A stretch of 62,955 nucleotides of DNA, filler included, from an uncultured virus (IMG/VR IMGVR_UViG_3300005239_003333) (Duplodnaviria; Heunggongvirae; Uroviricota; Caudoviricetes). It is 3 parts of one record of this genome, joined end to end, with 100 filler letters (N's around TTAATTAATTAA, not from the genome) between each part and the next. Parts side by side here need not be neighbours in the genome. Positions count along the whole stretch, not along the records: positions 58,897 to 62,955 come from IMGVR_UViG_3300005239_003333; 2 more parts are not named here. One strand, 5' to 3'. A model generated the notes under the pieces. That model searched no databases. It saw only the letters and a list, made by a program, of their open reading frames with translations, and was not told the origin of the DNA. The position numbers and the translations under genes were made by a program. Below are positions 61,750 to 62,955 of the stretch, in pieces. The first letter of the stretch is position 1; the number at the start of each line of letters is the position of its first letter.

Positions 61750-62490
61750 ATGAGTAGCGATATTTTATCTTTAAGCGATGATCATGTATTTTATACCGTA
61801 GAAGGTGAGGGGAAATATATTGGTTGGCCTTCAGTCTTTATGAGACTTGCAATGTGTAATTTAACTTGCCAGGGATTTGCATCTCCAGATTCACCTCATG
61901 GTTGCGATTCATTTGTATCTTGGTCGATTAAAAATCGATATACATTTGATGAACTTAATGATTTTTATGAAAAGAATGGTTTTGATAAGGAGCTAAAAAG
62001 AGGCGCATTATTAAAAATTACTGGTGGAGAACCTCTTCTGCAGCAGAAAAGATTATTATTATGGATGGATACATTTGTTGAAAGGTTTGGATTTATACCT
62101 AAAATAGATTTTGAATCCAATAGTACTCTTAAACCTATGGATAGATGGTATGATGATTTTAATGCTGATTTTACTTTATCACCTAAGATGAGTAATAATG
62201 GAGATCCTGAAAAGCGTAGATATAAGCCTGATGTTATAGCTCATCATAATAGTAATAATGAATGTTTTAAGTTTGTCATTAATAATGAAGAAGATGAAAA
62301 GGAACTATTTGAAAAATATATTGATAACGGGCTAGTTAATCCTGAAAATGTATGGTTAATGCCTTGTGCTGGTAGTAGAGATGAGCATACAGCTAAATCA
62401 GCTATGGTAGCTGAATTATGTAAGAAGCATAATTTTAAATTTAGTCCAAGATTGCAATTAGTCATTTGGGATATGGCATTGAAAGTATAA
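61750..62490 (+). CDS. queE: 7-carboxy-7-deazaguanine synthase (radical SAM)
   Basis: FYTVEGEG..IG.PSVFMRL..CNLTC...CDS, TGGEPLLQ, LSPK, KFVI, VWLMP, FSPRLQ..IW. Confidence 0.88.
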   Translation: MSSDILSLSDDHVFYTVEGEGKYIGWPSVFMRLAMCNLTCQGFASPDSPHGCDSFVSWSIKNRYTFDELNDFYEKNGFDKELKRGALLKITGGEPLLQQKRLLLWMDTFVERFGFIPKIDFESNSTLKPMDRWYDDFNADFTLSPKMSNNGDPEKRRYKPDVIAHHNSNNECFKFVINNEEDEKELFEKYIDNGLVNPENVWLMPCAGSRDEHTAKSAMVAELCKKHNFKFSPRLQLVIWDMALKV

Positions 62491-62512
62491 TTTATACGAG
62501 TAAATATCTTAC

Positions 62513-62955
62513 ATGAGCGAATTAATCTGCAATCTACCTAACGCAAAAGTTTATGTTAGGAAAGAATATTTACATGACGGTGAAGAAGGACATGGGGAAT
62601 TTGTAGAAGGTCATTGGGTTAGTGCTAAATCGTTACCTGGCAGAGCATTCTATTTTGAAACATACTTACCGGAGTATGGAGCTCTTTTTGATAAACTACC
62701 AATATCAGCATTTGTTTCCTCACCAGAAACACCTGATCCAGATTTACCTTTACAAGATTTACAATTTTGGAATTGTATGGATTATGGCGTTGTTGCAATA
62801 TATAAGCAGTTTATAGGTTCGATGGATTTTGAAGTTTTTACGAGGAGTCATCAGGTTGTTAAAGGGACGTATATGTTTACACTGGATAATTATCACCCAG
62901 ATCCAGACCGCGTTGACTATTCTACAGCAGAAGTACCAGATGAACATAAATCATT
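62513..62955 (+). CDS. Conserved hypothetical phage protein, 3'-truncated (missed by ORF track)
   Basis: TAAATA (62501-62506)-N6-ATG; open to the window end: MSELICNLP..KVYVRKEYL...GRAFYFETYL.EYGAL.DKLPISAF...LQFWNCM. Confidence 0.75.
   Translation, partial: MSELICNLPNAKVYVRKEYLHDGEEGHGEFVEGHWVSAKSLPGRAFYFETYLPEYGALFDKLPISAFVSSPETPDPDLPLQDLQFWNCMDYGVVAIYKQFIGSMDFEVFTRSHQVVKGTYMFTLDNYHPDPDRVDYSTAEVPDEHKS

Noticed and set aside
1..62955. Alternative genetic code explaining the Cys excess or broken genes
   Set aside because: Cys are ordinary TGT/TGC; conserved genes are full length under the standard code and TAA, TAG and TGA all end genes; breaks are frameshifts, not in-frame stops.
1..62955. 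tRNA, rRNA or structured ncRNA genes
   Set aside because: Intergenic spaces are short (about 110 nt or less) and explained by promoters and terminators; no cloverleaf seen. N gaps cannot be assessed.

Overview
A low-GC, gap-ridden fragment of a large T4-like (Tevenvirinae-related, distant) myovirus genome, probably environmental. It is three scaffolds joined by artificial 100-nt N/TTAATTAATTAA linkers (28553-28652, 58797-58896), with many internal N gaps and several frameshifts next to gaps. Positions 1-32.4 kb hold tail-fibre, adhesin and baseplate genes: a Cys-rich 15-aa-repeat solenoid, an ~8.9-kb collagen-linked modular fibre, S74-chaperone and tail-collar fibres, PKD proteins and gp6. 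A GT9-like glycosyltransferase and sulfotransferase pair sits among them. Positions 33-55 kb hold small head/internal-type proteins, clamp loader, SET protein, dUTPase, TerS/TerL, and tail genes (gp3, gp18, gp19, gp54, two gp26/51-like genes, tape measure, gp48, gp53, hub) plus gp14. Positions 55-63 kb hold primase, RNase H, RfbB, QueD, PhoH and QueE. The best candidate for an undescribed system is a phage-encoded virion-decoration pathway: a GT9-like enzyme with Lys in place of the usual catalytic Asp, a sulfotransferase, fibres selectively rich in Cys at variable repeat positions, and a recurrent L-S-A motif in structural proteins. Also notable is an apparently leaderless promoter architecture (TAAATA-N5-ATG; TTGA..N15-17..TATAAT-N6-ATG), including a nested in-frame start. 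All protein calls come from motif recognition by eye; no searches were run.
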